A DNA stretch of 64,000 nucleotides from Perkinsus olseni. Taxonomy: Eukaryota. The notes under the pieces were generated by a model. That model was not told the origin of the DNA and searched no databases. It was given only the letters and a program-made list of their open reading frames with translations. How positions within the stretch are numbered: position 1 is the stretch's first letter; every line of letters starts with the position of its first letter. The DNA is taken from positions 1-64,000 of the forward strand of contig JABANN010000005.1 of NCBI GenBank assembly GCA_013115125.1, read 5' to 3'. The translations under genes and the position numbers were made by a program. Below, piece after piece: positions 1 to 12,835 of the stretch.

Positions 1-319
1 GCCAACCACGCGTTTGGACAACCGAAAAGGGGTTTTGCCAAGTTTGGTGAGTTGGCGAAACCTGGCGCTCCGTCGCCATTACTACAGAAAGCAAGGCGTC
101 AAATAGGGTGTGTGTAGCGGCTGTGACGCTGTAGTATTGTGGCGCTAACACGACCAAAGCATGACACTTGTGGGCAATTCCTCAAGGCTGGTGCGTTGAG
201 TGCTCGACCAGCTCGACTATCGTCCTTACCAACCTAGATTGCTGTAAGAAGGAGGGCTCGTGACGGCGCATCCGTGACGAGGCAAGATTCAGTTTTTGGG
301 GTATATATCGTGTACTAAG

Positions 320-1349
320 ATGAGTGACGATCTCCTACAGTTCACAGCACCATCACCAGCTGCTCCGACACAGCAGCCTCTTCCTACTGCCTCATCACCT
401 TCGTCCACTCCGGTACTCACCGGCTTCTTGGCTGCTGTCTAGAGTCATTGCCTGTACATCTAGGTATTGTCTTCCTCGTCACCCACTGCTGCTGCTCCCC
501 CTCCACCACCGCCCGAGGCCTATGATACTACGTCTAGTACAGCCGCAGTCGGTGTGAAGGATGAGGTCGTAGATACAACCGAGATGAATGGATTGGATAA
601 AGAGAGAGTAATAAGGATGAAAGGCTGGTGGAAGCTAGACTAGGCTGGTAAAAGTTGACTTCGCGTACGTGCTCGTGTCTGGACCGTAGCGACTCTTCTG
701 GCGTGCCCGACGGCGATGGTTTTCAGTCCTCGTCTGTGGATAGTTATATGGAGATGTCCAGAAGTGAGGAAGAGAAGAAAGCAGCCCTTCGTGCTAAGGC
801 ACAAGAGGACATCAAGTATGACATGGCTACGGTTACAGTATGGGTTGAGGATTGATCCATTCCCTAGGTCGTTTTATGCTGATCGAGCAGAGAAGATAGA
901 GGAAAATAAGGGGGCGCAACTCGAGGCTGAAAAGGAGTTTGTTGATCGTGTGAATCAACTGGACAACTCCGCCGCTGCTTCCAAGTAGTAACACGTTCTT
1001 TATCTCGCTCAATAGCATGCAGCTAGAGCGAAGTTGAGGGCTCTTGGTCCAACGGCCAGTACCGTAACAATCGTGATTCGTACCTCATCTCAGCCCGTGG
1101 GCAGTTGTAGCCAACCATATCAACTTCTACAAGGATCCAATCAATGGTATAGCCAGTACTACCGTGAGTGGCAGCAGCAACGGCAGCAATAAGGCATCAA
1201 GTGAGAGGACTGCGGCGGCCCACAAGGAACGTGAGGTCCAGAAGGAGGGAGGCAACCAGACGCGGATGAAGCAGCTGTTGCAAGATTTGAGGAAGAATGG
1301 TATGGACGCCACCAACCATGCCAAAACTGTCGCGAATGTTGGAGCATAG
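320..1349 (+). CDS. CLC: Clathrin light chain (spliced)
   Basis: Hand-spliced: Pro/acidic N-terminus (MSDDLLQF...), helix EEEKKAALRAKAQEDIK..FYADRAEKIEENK..EAEKEF, then PWAVVANHINF and QTRMKQLLQDLRK, matching the CLC W..V and D.SRM..LL.LK motifs; TAG at 1347-1349. Confidence 0.7.
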
Positions 1350-1985
1350 ACCAGTATCCTCCTCACCTGCCTGGATGTCGAGCTGCTGCTGATGTGGCTG
1401 TAATAGTAGTAGTACTAGACCATCACTATTACTATTCGGGAGATGATATTATTTCTATGCTGCTTGGACGCTGCTACAGGGTTGTGTTGAGTAGTGTGTC
1501 ACATATCGGTTTTCCTCTATCTTTCCTACAGCGATACACATGCCAGTCGCACTACAGCACACAGTGAGTCGCTAGAAGTGGGGTGAGGGCGCAGCAGCAC
1601 CACCAAGTGGTAGACAGATGTAAATCATGCTCCCTAGGAGGACCACAGCGGCTTGAGAATCGCGAGAATGTACAGCTATTCTTCTTTGCGCTGATTGATA
1701 CAGATGTTGCCATATACTGTAAGTCAGCGTTGAATGCGAAAAGGTAGGCGTGCAACAGATTATTTGCCTTTCAGAGGTGCAGGTTGGCGCGGGCTGATTT
1801 CGTTGTTCATGGACAGTCGACCAACCTCACTTACGGACAACCCTGTAGGGCCAGTTTGCAGCGGCCAACTGTTGTTATGGTTTTAAACACTCAATATTGC
1901 AACTTGCGATATTGAAGTGTCTCTGCGATTCGCAAGTGGTAACTCCCGAGTTGAGACTCAGTCGAACGCAGCAAATGGGTGAGTA

Positions 1986-2059
<74 letters not shown>

Positions 2060-2060
2060 A

Positions 2061-2096
<36 letters not shown>
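1986..2096. repeat. (CAT)n microsatellite, ~37 units with one CAA interruption
   Basis: Directly visible; explains the spurious poly-Met and poly-Ile ORFs. Confidence 0.97.
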
Positions 2097-2194
2097 GACC
2101 GACACCACTATGTCGTTCTCAGTATGGTCGCATGCGCTGGTTAGGAAGTGGCGATAAGATGAATCTCTGCGTGCAAAGACATCAGATTCGGCTC

Positions 2195-2666
2195 TCAGTG
2201 AGCTGATTTAATGTATTTATGACGCTGATATACGAGATTACGACCGTAAACGTCTTGCTCATCAATCACCCAGTCTTCCAGCCAGGTAGTTTGCAGGGCT
2301 TCCCCGCAGACGTGCCGGTATGTGCTGCACAATTCTTCGAACGTGCCGAAATATTTCTTCATGGCCATCACCACAGCGGAGCACACACCCTCAATTATGT
2401 GTATCGTCTCTATCGCGTCTTCGTCATTATCCTCTGCCGCTTCGAGCATACCGTCTGTGGGGATCCATGACGCCCCGGGTTTGAATGTCATTTTATTAGC
2501 AATCCCGTACAGTCTCCTCAACTCATGATCAAAGTTCCAAGGCAGCTCTCTGAGCGGGTCTAGGCCCGTGTCGTCAGGAAGGGGATGATCTATGAAGTAG
2601 TACCACGGCTCCCCATGATAGGGATAAACTGTCTGATAAGAATGAAGCTCGGGAGTCCCCCACCAC
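2195..2666 (-). CDS. Hypothetical protein exon or fragment
   Basis: Stop-free frame of ~155 codons (WWGTPELHSYQTVYPYHGEPWYYF...QRHKYIKSAH*) downstream of a CAG acceptor; no family recognised. Confidence 0.3.
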
Positions 2667-2739
2667 CTGCACTGTAGACATGGAGGTCAGTACTTCGGAG
2701 CAGCAGATGTTGCTTTTTTGTCGTCACTTACCCTGCTCT

Positions 2740-3300
2740 GAACGCAGTCTCGTTACCAATCTTTGGGCAGTTGATAGCGTGTGTTCGCACGGTGTTGTTC
2801 TTAACGTAGAACTCCAAGGCTGTATGCTCCTCGGTGAGGAGTCCTCACTGAGGACCTCGTTCTTTCTATACAAGCAAAAGATGCGCCTAGCGTAGGGAAA
2901 CTCCTACTATCGGAGGGTCACTGACTTCCCGCCGGGAACGCTAGAAGCATTGGGAAGCAAGTGAGGGTCAACGGACGCTCGATTGCGCATTGTCTAGCTG
3001 GTTATGAGACAGGCATTCAACAATACCCCACCCCATAGGGGTAGGAGAGTGAGGATCTTCCAGCTAGATGGTCGAGGCCACCAGAGCAGATCATGCTATG
3101 GAAGAGCTTGCACTGCCGCGTCACGCGACAGAGATCTGTTTCTGCGGGGTGAACATATCCTCGAAGGTTCATCACGAGACAGTTCGCGTCTCGCTACCTA
3201 TCCAACTCACATCTGTTCTGTCGTTAGCAGCCACTGCGCCGATTGATTTACTGAGTAGCGAGTTGAAGACCAAGGCACCAGCAACAGCTGACGCTCCGAC
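2740..3300 (+). mobile_element. Highly degenerate reverse-transcriptase-like relic
   Basis: Fragments MLLGEESSLRTSFFLYK and EICFCGVNISS loosely resemble gypsy RT motifs; interrupted by stops and frameshifts. Confidence 0.3.
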
Positions 3301-3329
3301 GGTGTAACTTTTGAGTGCCATTCGAGTGA

Positions 3330-5300
3330 TTCACATGAGTACTGTGAGAGTAACACATGTTCCTTTATGTTAGGAGGTAAGCTCAGTTCATCTGAGTGGG
3401 CTTCAATGAGTTATTTCTACCCTCCTCGAGCGCAATGCGTCAGACACTATTCCGGCGCTTCAGTATCAAGCGGAACCTTCTCGCCCGAAATTCCGCCGGA
3501 GGGCTCAACTCACGGCGAGCGAGAGTCATGAGGGTGAAAACATGGCTAGCAATGCTTGCGCAGCGCACGGGAATACGGCTTCCTCGTAGAAGTCCATGAA
3601 CAGTGCTCATCGGTGGCCCTGAGCGTCTCTGCCCTGTGTCGCCACGGCAACATCGTCCAGATAACAGTGAGAACTCGATTAGGTCATTCGTACAGGTCCT
3701 TCGAGGCATCCGCTCACCTCGATAAGTTTGGCTGCCAAATTCTGTCATTAACATCGACTCATTGTTCGGCAAAGGGAGTTCGGGCAAGGATCGCGTGAGC
3801 TCACAGAGGCAGCCCATAAGTCTCGGTGTTTACTTGTACAATTCCCCTCCTCATCCGCCACCATCAACCCCTCATCATGGCCCGTTATGAGCCCCGCAGC
3901 ATGACGTGTGAAATGCACGAGGCAAACAGAGTTTACTGGCTTAAGGCCAATAATATCAGACCTCGCCAACCTGATACCAAGTTCCTACGTTTACATTATA
4001 GACAGAGGCGATCTCTAGATACTGCTGAGACGACCAGATCATCACTCTCGGACGCCAAGGCAACAATCGCGAGAGTCAAACCGAGCCATTCTTCTAACTG
4101 AAAGAATGCCGAAAATCTTGACGACTACAGCGAATGTTCACCGCAGGGAAGCCGGGAGGATTTGCGAGCTGCGGTTGACATTGACTGTTGACATTAGTTG
4201 GGCTTCCAGAACACGAGTGTATTTATGAGAGACATCGTGCATCGCCGTAAAATTGTCGTGTTAAATGGTGTTCTTAACGAGGCATACTGTACTCCGATGT
4301 ACCACTCTATAAATCCCACTAAGCTTTGGTCAGGGATAAGCGATAGATGAGCACCCTATCATGAGACCAGTCCTCAATAAAGAGGTTCATTTCTACATCC
4401 CCCACCTTGGGAACTCTCACCTCATGAACTCAAAACCTCGACTCCTCTGTGGAGCTGCCAGAAAAGCAGGATGAAACTTTCACCTAGCAGAAAGTTCCTC
4501 CTTGTCAGTATATCATCCTTCCCGCATGCTAAGAATGGCATTCTTAGAATGCACTGCGGCATTCCACGAGTGGTGCCAGGCTCCGTCGCCGTTGTTGAGC
4601 CAATGTCGGGTCAGACTACCCTGCTATTTTCTGCCTGTCGGGGATGCCGATTCGAGATATGCTCTCACTGTACGGGCTATTGAAGTGGCATGCTCAGCAT
4701 CCGTGTACACGAGGCACGCGTCGAGTAGCTAGGCTCATCACGCTAAGTCTAGAATACCTCATAGCTCAACCCGAGTGTCGCCCTTCGAGAAAGCCTGCTT
4801 GATATCAAAACGGAAAATTACCCGAGTTGGAGCGAACCAGTGGGTCCAAACAAGTGTCGGCGTTCTTGTTACGGTAATGAGGTATGCTGCCCTCCTAGAT
4901 CTAAATGACCAGTATCTCAATACTGTAGCTTCCATAAACCTTAATGAACTGGTGTTGAGGAGGGGAAAGGCATCTCATGCTCGCTGCTCATCGCTTCGAT
5001 GCGGTGAGCATGCCGGCTGATATGGCCCTAGAATATCCCCTGCAGTCTCCTGAGTGCCCACCGCCACATTCCATGGTACGAGCTATTATGCCATCGAGCG
5101 TGGTCTGAGTACTGAAGTTATGTCTGCGCATGTCTGCGGCTAGTGAGATCTTTAGGATTCTTTCCCACGGCTCCAACTAGTGTGATGGGGGGAGTGTGAA
5201 GTAGGTGGTGCGAAGCGCTGTCAGGGGTGAAGCCAACTCTCACTACACATATACGGCGATCAGTAATGGTGGAAAGATGGCTACTCACCTGAGGGGTGCA
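3330..5300 (-). mobile_element. Degenerate Ty3/gypsy-type pol relic (RNase H to integrase)
   Basis: Broken fragments GYSRAISAG (RNase H-like), a CxxC-like segment, ARSDIIGLKP..LVHFTR and LPELPLPNNESMLMTEFGS (integrase core-like) in the expected order; no intron pattern. Confidence 0.45.
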
Positions 5301-5547
5301 AATTCTTGCATCTGTTAATTGATAAGATACTTCTCGGGAATACTCTGTTTTAAACAGCGGGCTATGGCAATGCCTGGTACTTCAACGCGACCCTCCGGCC
5401 AGTACAGCACGGCTTGAACATGCGGCTATGAACACGATAACACTAACAACCGCTACAGCATACAACATTAAAACAAAATACTGAGCCAATTACCCTCGTC
5501 CTCTGCGAAGAAGTCACATAACAAATGACAGAGGTCGAAGACGTGAC

Positions 5548-6514
5548 CTACATTAGACGCTCCCTCTGGTCATCCTCGTCCTCGTCGGAGACCTTGCCTC
5601 CACCAATGAAAGTGACAACTGTCGATGCAGCGAGGAGCACGAATACGATCTGAAATACAGAATACAATCAATGAGGTATGTGGCACATCGATCACGGACC
5701 CAGGATGCTGCACAGAGCCACTGAACCAACTGCCCTATCTCCCAGCTAAGCTGAGCATTTAGTCGGCACCAGAGCCCATCCTGATCACAGCGAAGTAGCG
5801 GCGCGGCAGTAGATAGACGAATCAGCTTACAGCTTGATCAAAGAACGGTGTGTCGGACATACAATACTCCCACTCCTCGAGGTGCTGGGCAGTCTCGGGC
5901 TCACGGGCCAGGCGAATCATCTCACGAAAAGTCTGTCATCGGAACAGTCGACAGGGGAATGCCGTGCGAAAGGCACTTACCTGGAATTCTTTGCAGTAGG
6001 GCCTGGTGAACATCTTAGTAGCCCTCTCATAACCACCACCGTGGCATTCACCTTCACTGTAAGATCTAGCGAATGACTTGAATAAGTCATCGACCAGATC
6101 CTGGGCATAGCGATCTCTAGAAGGCACTAGGGTGATCTCACCACGGTCGAGTCTTAGCTTGTAGAATGTGATGGACCAATGGCAGAGGGAGATGGCGATC
6201 ACCAACCAGCATATGGTCAGGACGGCGGAGAAGCCCCCATGCACGAAGGGAAGGGAGCCGGCCTTGGAGTTAATGGCGGAAAAGGCGAGACCAGAAGCAC
6301 AAAGCATGAGGATGAAGACTGAGCTAATGGTAGCTGCGTCGGTACGCAGTACACCGAAGAAGTCGTAGTATAAGGGGTTGTAGGAGATGAGGGTGAGGGT
6401 CATGGTGAGTGCTATGGCGAAGAGGATGAGGAGGCCGTTGATGGCCATGTAGATAGGGCCGAATACACCATTGAGGTAAGGCATAGGGAATGGGTATATA
6501 CAATGGCCTAGCAT
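5548..6514 (-). CDS. Four-TM, tetraspanin-like membrane protein (spliced)
   Basis: Three TM helices in ORF 5936-6607, a Cys-containing large loop, and a fourth TM in the last exon (IVFVLLAASTVVTFI...RLM*); no canonical CCG motif; start at 6514 inferred. Confidence 0.5.
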
Positions 6515-6694
6515 GGTGATACAGTAAACAGTGATCAGGGGTACAACAGCGGCAGCCCTTATCAAAGAAAAGGCTTTGAAAACAGCATAACTCAGCTTCA
6601 ATTCCACCAGCCTGGAAAAGTGCAGAACTGCGCTGTTGATTTAGCGCTCGCCCTAGAGTAGAACGCATGATCAGCGTCACTTGCGACACATACC

Positions 6695-8745
6695 ATGGTA
6701 ACTCTCTTCCCTGGAAAGTCCTACGATAGGGCTGGACAATTGGGTAGATAGTACGTATCTCGAGGGACCGTGATGCGGTGGTCAGGTGAGGGAAGCTTCG
6801 GTGCCGTCCTGACGGTCTATGAAGCCGACTCCGGTGCAGAGTATGCAGCTAAGAGGTTCGAGGTAGTGGTACTGTGTAGTATACTAAGATCAAGTCTGCA
6901 CCAATGCCGCTGTAGTTGAATGAAGATGATGGTTGTACATTGAGCAGTGGTGCATTGATAGAGGTGTCCTTCCTCAGCGCTATGAGGATGGCTAGCCTGG
7001 ACAAGAAGGGAATAATTCATCTTGTAGGGCAGCTTGGGGCCGATGGGTTATCCTGAGTCATACCCTCAGGAGGATGTATGTGAGCTCACCGAAGAGGGTG
7101 AGGATATTGTCTGTGCCGTAGTGCCCAAATACAACTGTAGTTTAGAGGAGGCTATACAAGGTATCAAGAAGGGGTACAGCGGGCAGAGGAGGTCGCTCGT
7201 CTCTCCACCTCCATTATAGTACTGGGGCAGGTGGAGCCCTTACGTCCAATCGTGCTAGACTGCCCATTGCCATATCCCTACTAGAGGCAGTGGCAGTACT
7301 ACATAGCAATGGTGTGGTCCATAGAGACATCAAGAGTGCTAACGTTATGCTAACCGAAGAGCTCAGACCTGTGGGTGCCGCTTTGTATGATTTGACTCAT
7401 CAACAGGGAAGGTGCTTATCGACTTTTCACTAGCCAAGTACATGCCCGAGGGGGCGGTCCTCTCTGAGGAAGCTCCATCAGGCAGCGCTGAGCATACAGG
7501 ATCTGTTGGCACGCCAACCTATATGGCACCTGAGCTAGTTGAGGCAAATGGGGAGAATCTTAGGTCACGCTCGTAACCTACACAGCAGATGCATTGCTGC
7601 TTGTCAGATACGATAGTCGAGTAGATAGCTGGTCAGTTGGAGTAGTCCTGCTGGAGCTGTTCACGGGTAATGATACGTTGGCCTACACAGTGGTGATGGT
7701 GACTCAGGGAAGGTGATGGAAGAATGCAAGGATAGGGCAGCATTTAGAATGATCGATGAGGCTAAGGCACGTATGTCGGACAAACCCGTACCCAGGATCA
7801 TCAAAGGCCTTCTGGAGGTGGCTACTGCTGCCTCTTCCCGTCCTCGGGAGCTCGATAGTGGCAGGTGGAGCCCGACAAGAGACTAAAATGTAGTGATGCG
7901 TACAAGAAACTACTCCAGTGCAGCAGCCATGCAGACAAGGAGAATTCAAATGAAGGGTTCTTACGTAATGTGGTCGGACGACGCGGATGAATACGAGGAG
8001 GAAGGTTGCTCTCAGTACCTGATAGTTCGAAGCCTTTAAGAGATTACTTTGGCAACTACGTGATAGCGGGTGGGGCACACGCTGGCGAATTGCAGGAGAT
8101 CCGACGATTCTATCACGTGCTGGAGATGACTAATCCCACCACCATCAAAGCAGCCATGTGCGGTCATATAGTACCACACCATCCCGGCATCACGACCTTT
8201 ATACAGGTACTACAGCTCACTATTCGATCAATCGAATGAGGATAAGCCCCCGCCTCTCCATCTACTGTTACTAGCTCAGAAGATTTACGAGCCCCGGACT
8301 ATTGGTACTGATGCTTGGGCCTGAGGTCCGAATCCCTTCCTCAGACCTCGTCACCATCGACGAGTTCGATGAGGATGATCCTCAGCTGTCTGACTTTGAT
8401 ATTGATGAATACATGAAAGACGAGATGACTATAATGAAGGCAGCTAATTGGTAAAGCCACTCTCCTGGCTGCTTAATGACTATGCGTACTTCGTAGGTGT
8501 TGCTTAGTGCTGCCTCCGTCGAGTGAGGCTGAGGCTCATTCTCTAGTCGGGAAGGATGCTGTCCAAGGCTCCTGTAAGAGGGCTCTGAAAGGTGGGGTGG
8601 GGTGTTAGAGAGGGTACGGGTGAAGTAGGTGAAGGCAGGTAAGAGGAAGAGACGGGCAGAGAAGCAAACCCAGAAGAGGCGGAGACATGCAGCGGCTATC
8701 AGGCAACACGAAGGAGAATCTGATGATGAATACACTGATGATTGA
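6695..8745 (+). CDS. Ser/Thr protein kinase with C-terminal cyclin-like box and basic NLS (multi-exon)
   Basis: Spliced motifs GEGSFGAV, YAAK, SSGALIEVSFL, HRDIKSANVML, DFSLAK, GTPTYMAPE, DSWSVGVVLLELFTG, PDKRL; continues in frame to LLLAQKIYE..DEMTIMKAANW and KRKRRAEKQTQKRRR; TGA at 8743-8745. Confidence 0.85.
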
Positions 8746-8907
8746 TGACCGTAGTATAGTGACCCTCCAACCATGCATAGTAATTCATCACTCTAAGTGT
8801 AGTATTTCCATTCAGAACTGTCGACTCGAGTTCTGCTAAGGTCATCGGCCTTACCGAGGTCGTATGTGGGCTTCGACAACCTACTACCACTCCTTCCCTT
8901 GCTCAGT

Positions 8908-9622
8908 ATGCGCTTCCCATCCTTTTTATATTTATTACTCCTGCCACTACCAATAGTAATGGCAGACCAAGAGTACCATGCCGAGCCACGTAACAAACAT
9001 ATCGTCGGAGGGTAGGCATCAATGACTCATTCATGAAGTAATGGTGCTCTTCCAGGTTCACTAACAGGGTATCGGTCCCCAAAGAATGCAGCCGCCGCCC
9101 TGGGGATGTGCAGGCCCCTGATGCTGCTGATAGGTTAGAGGGGGTGGTTGACGCTCTCTACATACCCGCCCCTCTCAGTTCCCTTTGCCTTGGTGCCTCG
9201 AGGGAGCAGGGTATCCTTGATAAAGTGAAGGACCAAGTGTTTCAACGCCTGGCAAAGACAGGGTAATAACAGCAACATCCTCGGCGGCCGCTCGTGGTGC
9301 CATCGTTGATGCCTTCTCAGGTATAATGGTATGGTCTCTGGACTGGAGTTGGACCTCCGACAATATGCCACTCAAGTGGTTGCTGGTGAGTTCCCGCAAC
9401 TCTACGACTGGGTAATGATGATTGCCATGATCAGGTGTCAACCACAACATGTGGGTTCAGCTGAAGCCCCATAAGGACGTCATCCTGGTTCGTGTGTTCG
9501 AGCCATTGTACGCTGATGAGAACGGCGGATACGAGGTCACTGATCTCACCTCCGTCGACAAAGTTGGTGATGGTGGAGTTGACACCGCGCTCGAGAGAGC
9601 CGTTCGCGACGACTTACTCTAA
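8908..9622 (+). CDS. Secreted cystatin (cysteine protease inhibitor)
   Basis: Signal-peptide-like start MRFPSFLYLLLLPLPIVMA, N-terminal IVGG, QxVxG motif (YATQVVAGVNH), stefin-like VRVFEPL; three short introns. Confidence 0.8.
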
Positions 9623-9759
9623 GTACGGCGCGTCTGAGCGCATTTGATCGATATTCCATTTCATTATTGATACAACTAGATTCAGTCTGGTAACTCTAGT
9701 CGTAGCTGTTGAGTGAAAGTAAGGCTAGTTTAAGATGAAGCTGGTTCGGCCGCCAAATC

Positions 9760-10326
9760 ATGACTCCGCAGCCGTCGGCGACGGATGGAAAATCACAAAC
9801 TGAGGTTTTCGTATACGGAACTCTCAAGCGCGGATTTTACAACTGGGACAAGTACTTGCGGCCCGACCAAGGGGCCGAGTTTATCGGTACGCAAACACAT
9901 GTTCAACAGCTTGTGGTATGATACATCACTTCAGCAACTGCCAAGACTGTGGAAAGATATCCCCTGATTGTGGAGAAGAAATATGGCATCCCCTTTCTCA
10001 TCAACCAAGAGGGCGTGGGACATAACGTCGAGGGGTAGATTCTGTCCAGCTCTTATCTTTCGTATTCTTTCTTGCTGATCAGAGAGGTCTTCGCTGTAAC
10101 CTCTGCATGTTTGCGGTCATTGGATGAGCTTGAAGGGTATCCTCAGTGGTACGACCGTCATTCTATCCCTGTGCTGTTGTCCGATGGTCAAGTACGCAGT
10201 GCTTTGGTTTACATGCGCAATTTAGACAAAAGCCCTATGGACTGGGGAAATGAGACTTTCTATTCATCATACTCCCTCCAACTTCACAAGCAGTTTTACG
10301 TTGCTGGCCTCGCTAAGCGTGCATAG
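9760..10326 (+). CDS. GGACT: Gamma-glutamylamine cyclotransferase / AIG2-like
   Basis: VFVYGTLKRGFYN, YPLIVEKKYGIPFL, VEGEVFAV, LDELEGYPQWYDR. Confidence 0.88.
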
Positions 10327-10696
10327 GCCTCTGAAGAGCCTTGTAACATTGATTCAATTCGAGACAGTCCTATGGTTTTCACTTTATTTTCCAATATAAA
10401 TCTGTTGTGTTTGAGAGTCCTCACATAATGTGAGGACAATGTGTAATGTAATGTGAGTCACATTGAACAGGAAGCGCCGGACCGCGGCCGGATGGACAGT
10501 CGTTAATCACCGTAAGTTAACGGTCATAATGCAGGCCTGCCTCCGCGAAGGAGAGATGATGACTCAATAACGCAACCCGTAAAGAAAGCCACGAAGCGTC
10601 ACATGACGTTGTATTGTACATGACTAAGACAGTGCGGTGAAGTTAACTTCATACTTTACGGGTACATCGTGACAGATCGTCATAGTACATGGCATG

Positions 10697-11254
10697 TCAA
10701 TCAGAACCGACGAGGAGTTTACCAAAGATACCCAACTTATCTCTGATGAGCCCCTTGAACATAGCCCAGAGCTGCGGCATCATGTTATCAAACAGCATTA
10801 TTCCTGCTAGAACGAATAAGAATATCAATATCATAGTCATGAAGGTGGCATGACCTGAGGAGATGGTAAGAGGGGATTACGGCAATCACAGCCCTTCACT
10901 TACGAGCACCGCAGAATACTGCGAACATGATCAGCCCGCCAAACATGAGGATCGATTCTGACAAGAGTAGGTATGACTTTGGCAAGCTGAACGGAGGTGG
11001 GGATTACCGAAACCCAATGCCCAGCCTGCATAAGTCGTTATGACATTCTGCCACCACCCCTGAGACTACTCGATGAACACTGTATACAACGATTAGGTCG
11101 CCGCACAAGCCTTTGAACGATGTCAAATGGTGAGCATTGGACGTAACGAGTGACTTAGATGGCTTACATCTCTATAGTCTGAGCTCTGGACGAAGTAGTC
11201 TAGACTGGCTCCTTTAAAGAGCCATTTCCAGAAGGAATCGAGAAACTCAAACAT
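10697..11254 (-). CDS. Small multi-TM membrane protein, paralog A
   Basis: Spliced MFEFLDSFWKWLFKGASLDYFVQSSDYRD...GWWQNVITTYAGWALGF...GHATFMTMILIFLF..PQLWAMFK; same exon structure as 12836-13565. Confidence 0.7.
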
Positions 11255-11515
11255 AAGGCTGAGACCTCAGTATCGGTATCGCCCATCATCGATGACCAGC
11301 AGCAGTGGACAACCAAAGATGGCATTAATGAAGGGCTACAGGCTTCAATGAACGTTCATCATCATCATGCCAGACACGAAAACAACTTACACAAAGAAAA
11401 CTCAGAGTGAGCTTGTTGACGATCTCTTAGACAAATGGCTAATTACATGAGGCACGACCAGCCTCTGGAAGATTTTAGTCTACGAACAGTTGACAGCTGC
11501 CTTTATCGCGTTTAG

Positions 11516-12400
11516 TTAGAAGATTCTGCCGATGAAGCTGAAGACGCCCTTGACTGCATCAATTGGATTTTTGCCGAGGAAGAAACTCCACAGGCCGGCG
11601 TTACGGAGCATCTCGATATGGTACTGCACATCTTCGAGTACGCGTTGGAAGTGGAAGAATGCACCCATGAATATCAATATTATAGCCAACACCATGAACG
11701 CGGCGACGTGTTCTGAGGAAGAACACAAGGAGGAGCCATCCCAGTGACGATGAGGACGACCACCTACTCAAGCCGTAGAACTTGTAGATAAATACGAGAA
11801 AGATAATGAAGAAAAAGCTACCTGAAAGACACTCCGGCAGAGTGCATCGGTAATGGACTTACCGAAGCCCATCATCCAGCGGGGCCACTTGTAGAAGAAT
11901 CCTAGGAACCAACTCTGAGAACAGCGGACAGAGTAAAGCGAACGCAGCGAAGGCTTGCAGCGTGGAGGCCAGCCTCACATTGTCTATGGTATCCCTCATC
12001 TTCAGCACCTTCAGACGCTCAAGTCTGATTCGAGCCCATCGTAGGGATTTGAAATAGACCTGCATCAAAGACGACAATGACGCCGCCAATGATAACGGGG
12101 TGTGGTCACTTTGTTGGTTTTCCTGTCATATTTCAAGCCCACAAGAACCTTCAGGTATTTACCACCGAGGTACTTGTTGAAGACTTTCTGAAGTTGACGA
12201 GGTGATGGTAGGTGGTAGTAGAAAGCGCGTCATCCTACCACACCAAACTTCTCTCCTTGATCACCGAGGAACTTCCATATATTCAAACGACGGACTTGGG
12301 CTTCATCATCATCATCGTGCTCTCCCGTCAACTCATCATACTCTACTGCTGCTGCTGCTGCATTCGGCTGAGATTGACACGATGGTGACGCTGATGGCTA
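11516..12400 (-). CDS. Hypothetical membrane protein (spliced; 5' end uncertain)
   Basis: Exons VYFKSLRWARIRLERLK..., FFFIIFLVFIYKFYGL, EHVAAFMVLAIILIFMGAFF...GRIF* bounded by GT-AG. Confidence 0.5.
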
Positions 12401-12835
12401 TGCCCCCCTCACTTGTTTATGCTCCCCTTCCTGCACAGTGACAGTATGTGGCGGTTCGTCATGCTCGAGTAGTTCCAGTCCGACCAATACCAGCACCAGA
12501 GACGACAGCAGCATCAGAGACCTCGGGCCTCCCCCTCCTCGACGGCGATGACGGGGCACTAGCATGAAGGGCAAGAGCTCAGGAGTGCGTCTCAACGGTC
12601 CATAAATTTCCGTGATTCGATGAGGCTGCGGGCAATTCAGCTCACAACCTGGGAGAGAACGATGGCCGAAATCTAGCCATCGCATCGAGGCTCCCGCGGA
12701 AGGCAAGGGGATGTGAGGTATCTCAACACAACAGCGTTGATACTATGATGCATGATCCGATGTCATATTAGACATGAGCACAAGTGCAGCAATTGTGTGG
12801 TACTTTATACTGTCACTCTTCTTTACAGTCCCCCT

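Noticed and set aside
1875-2157. Poly-Met and poly-Ile ORFs
   Set aside because: Artefacts of the (CAT)n microsatellite
6691-6700. Palindrome TACCATGGTA providing ATGs on both strands for divergent genes
   Set aside because: The minus-strand gene more plausibly starts at 6514; a 10-bp palindrome can arise by chance
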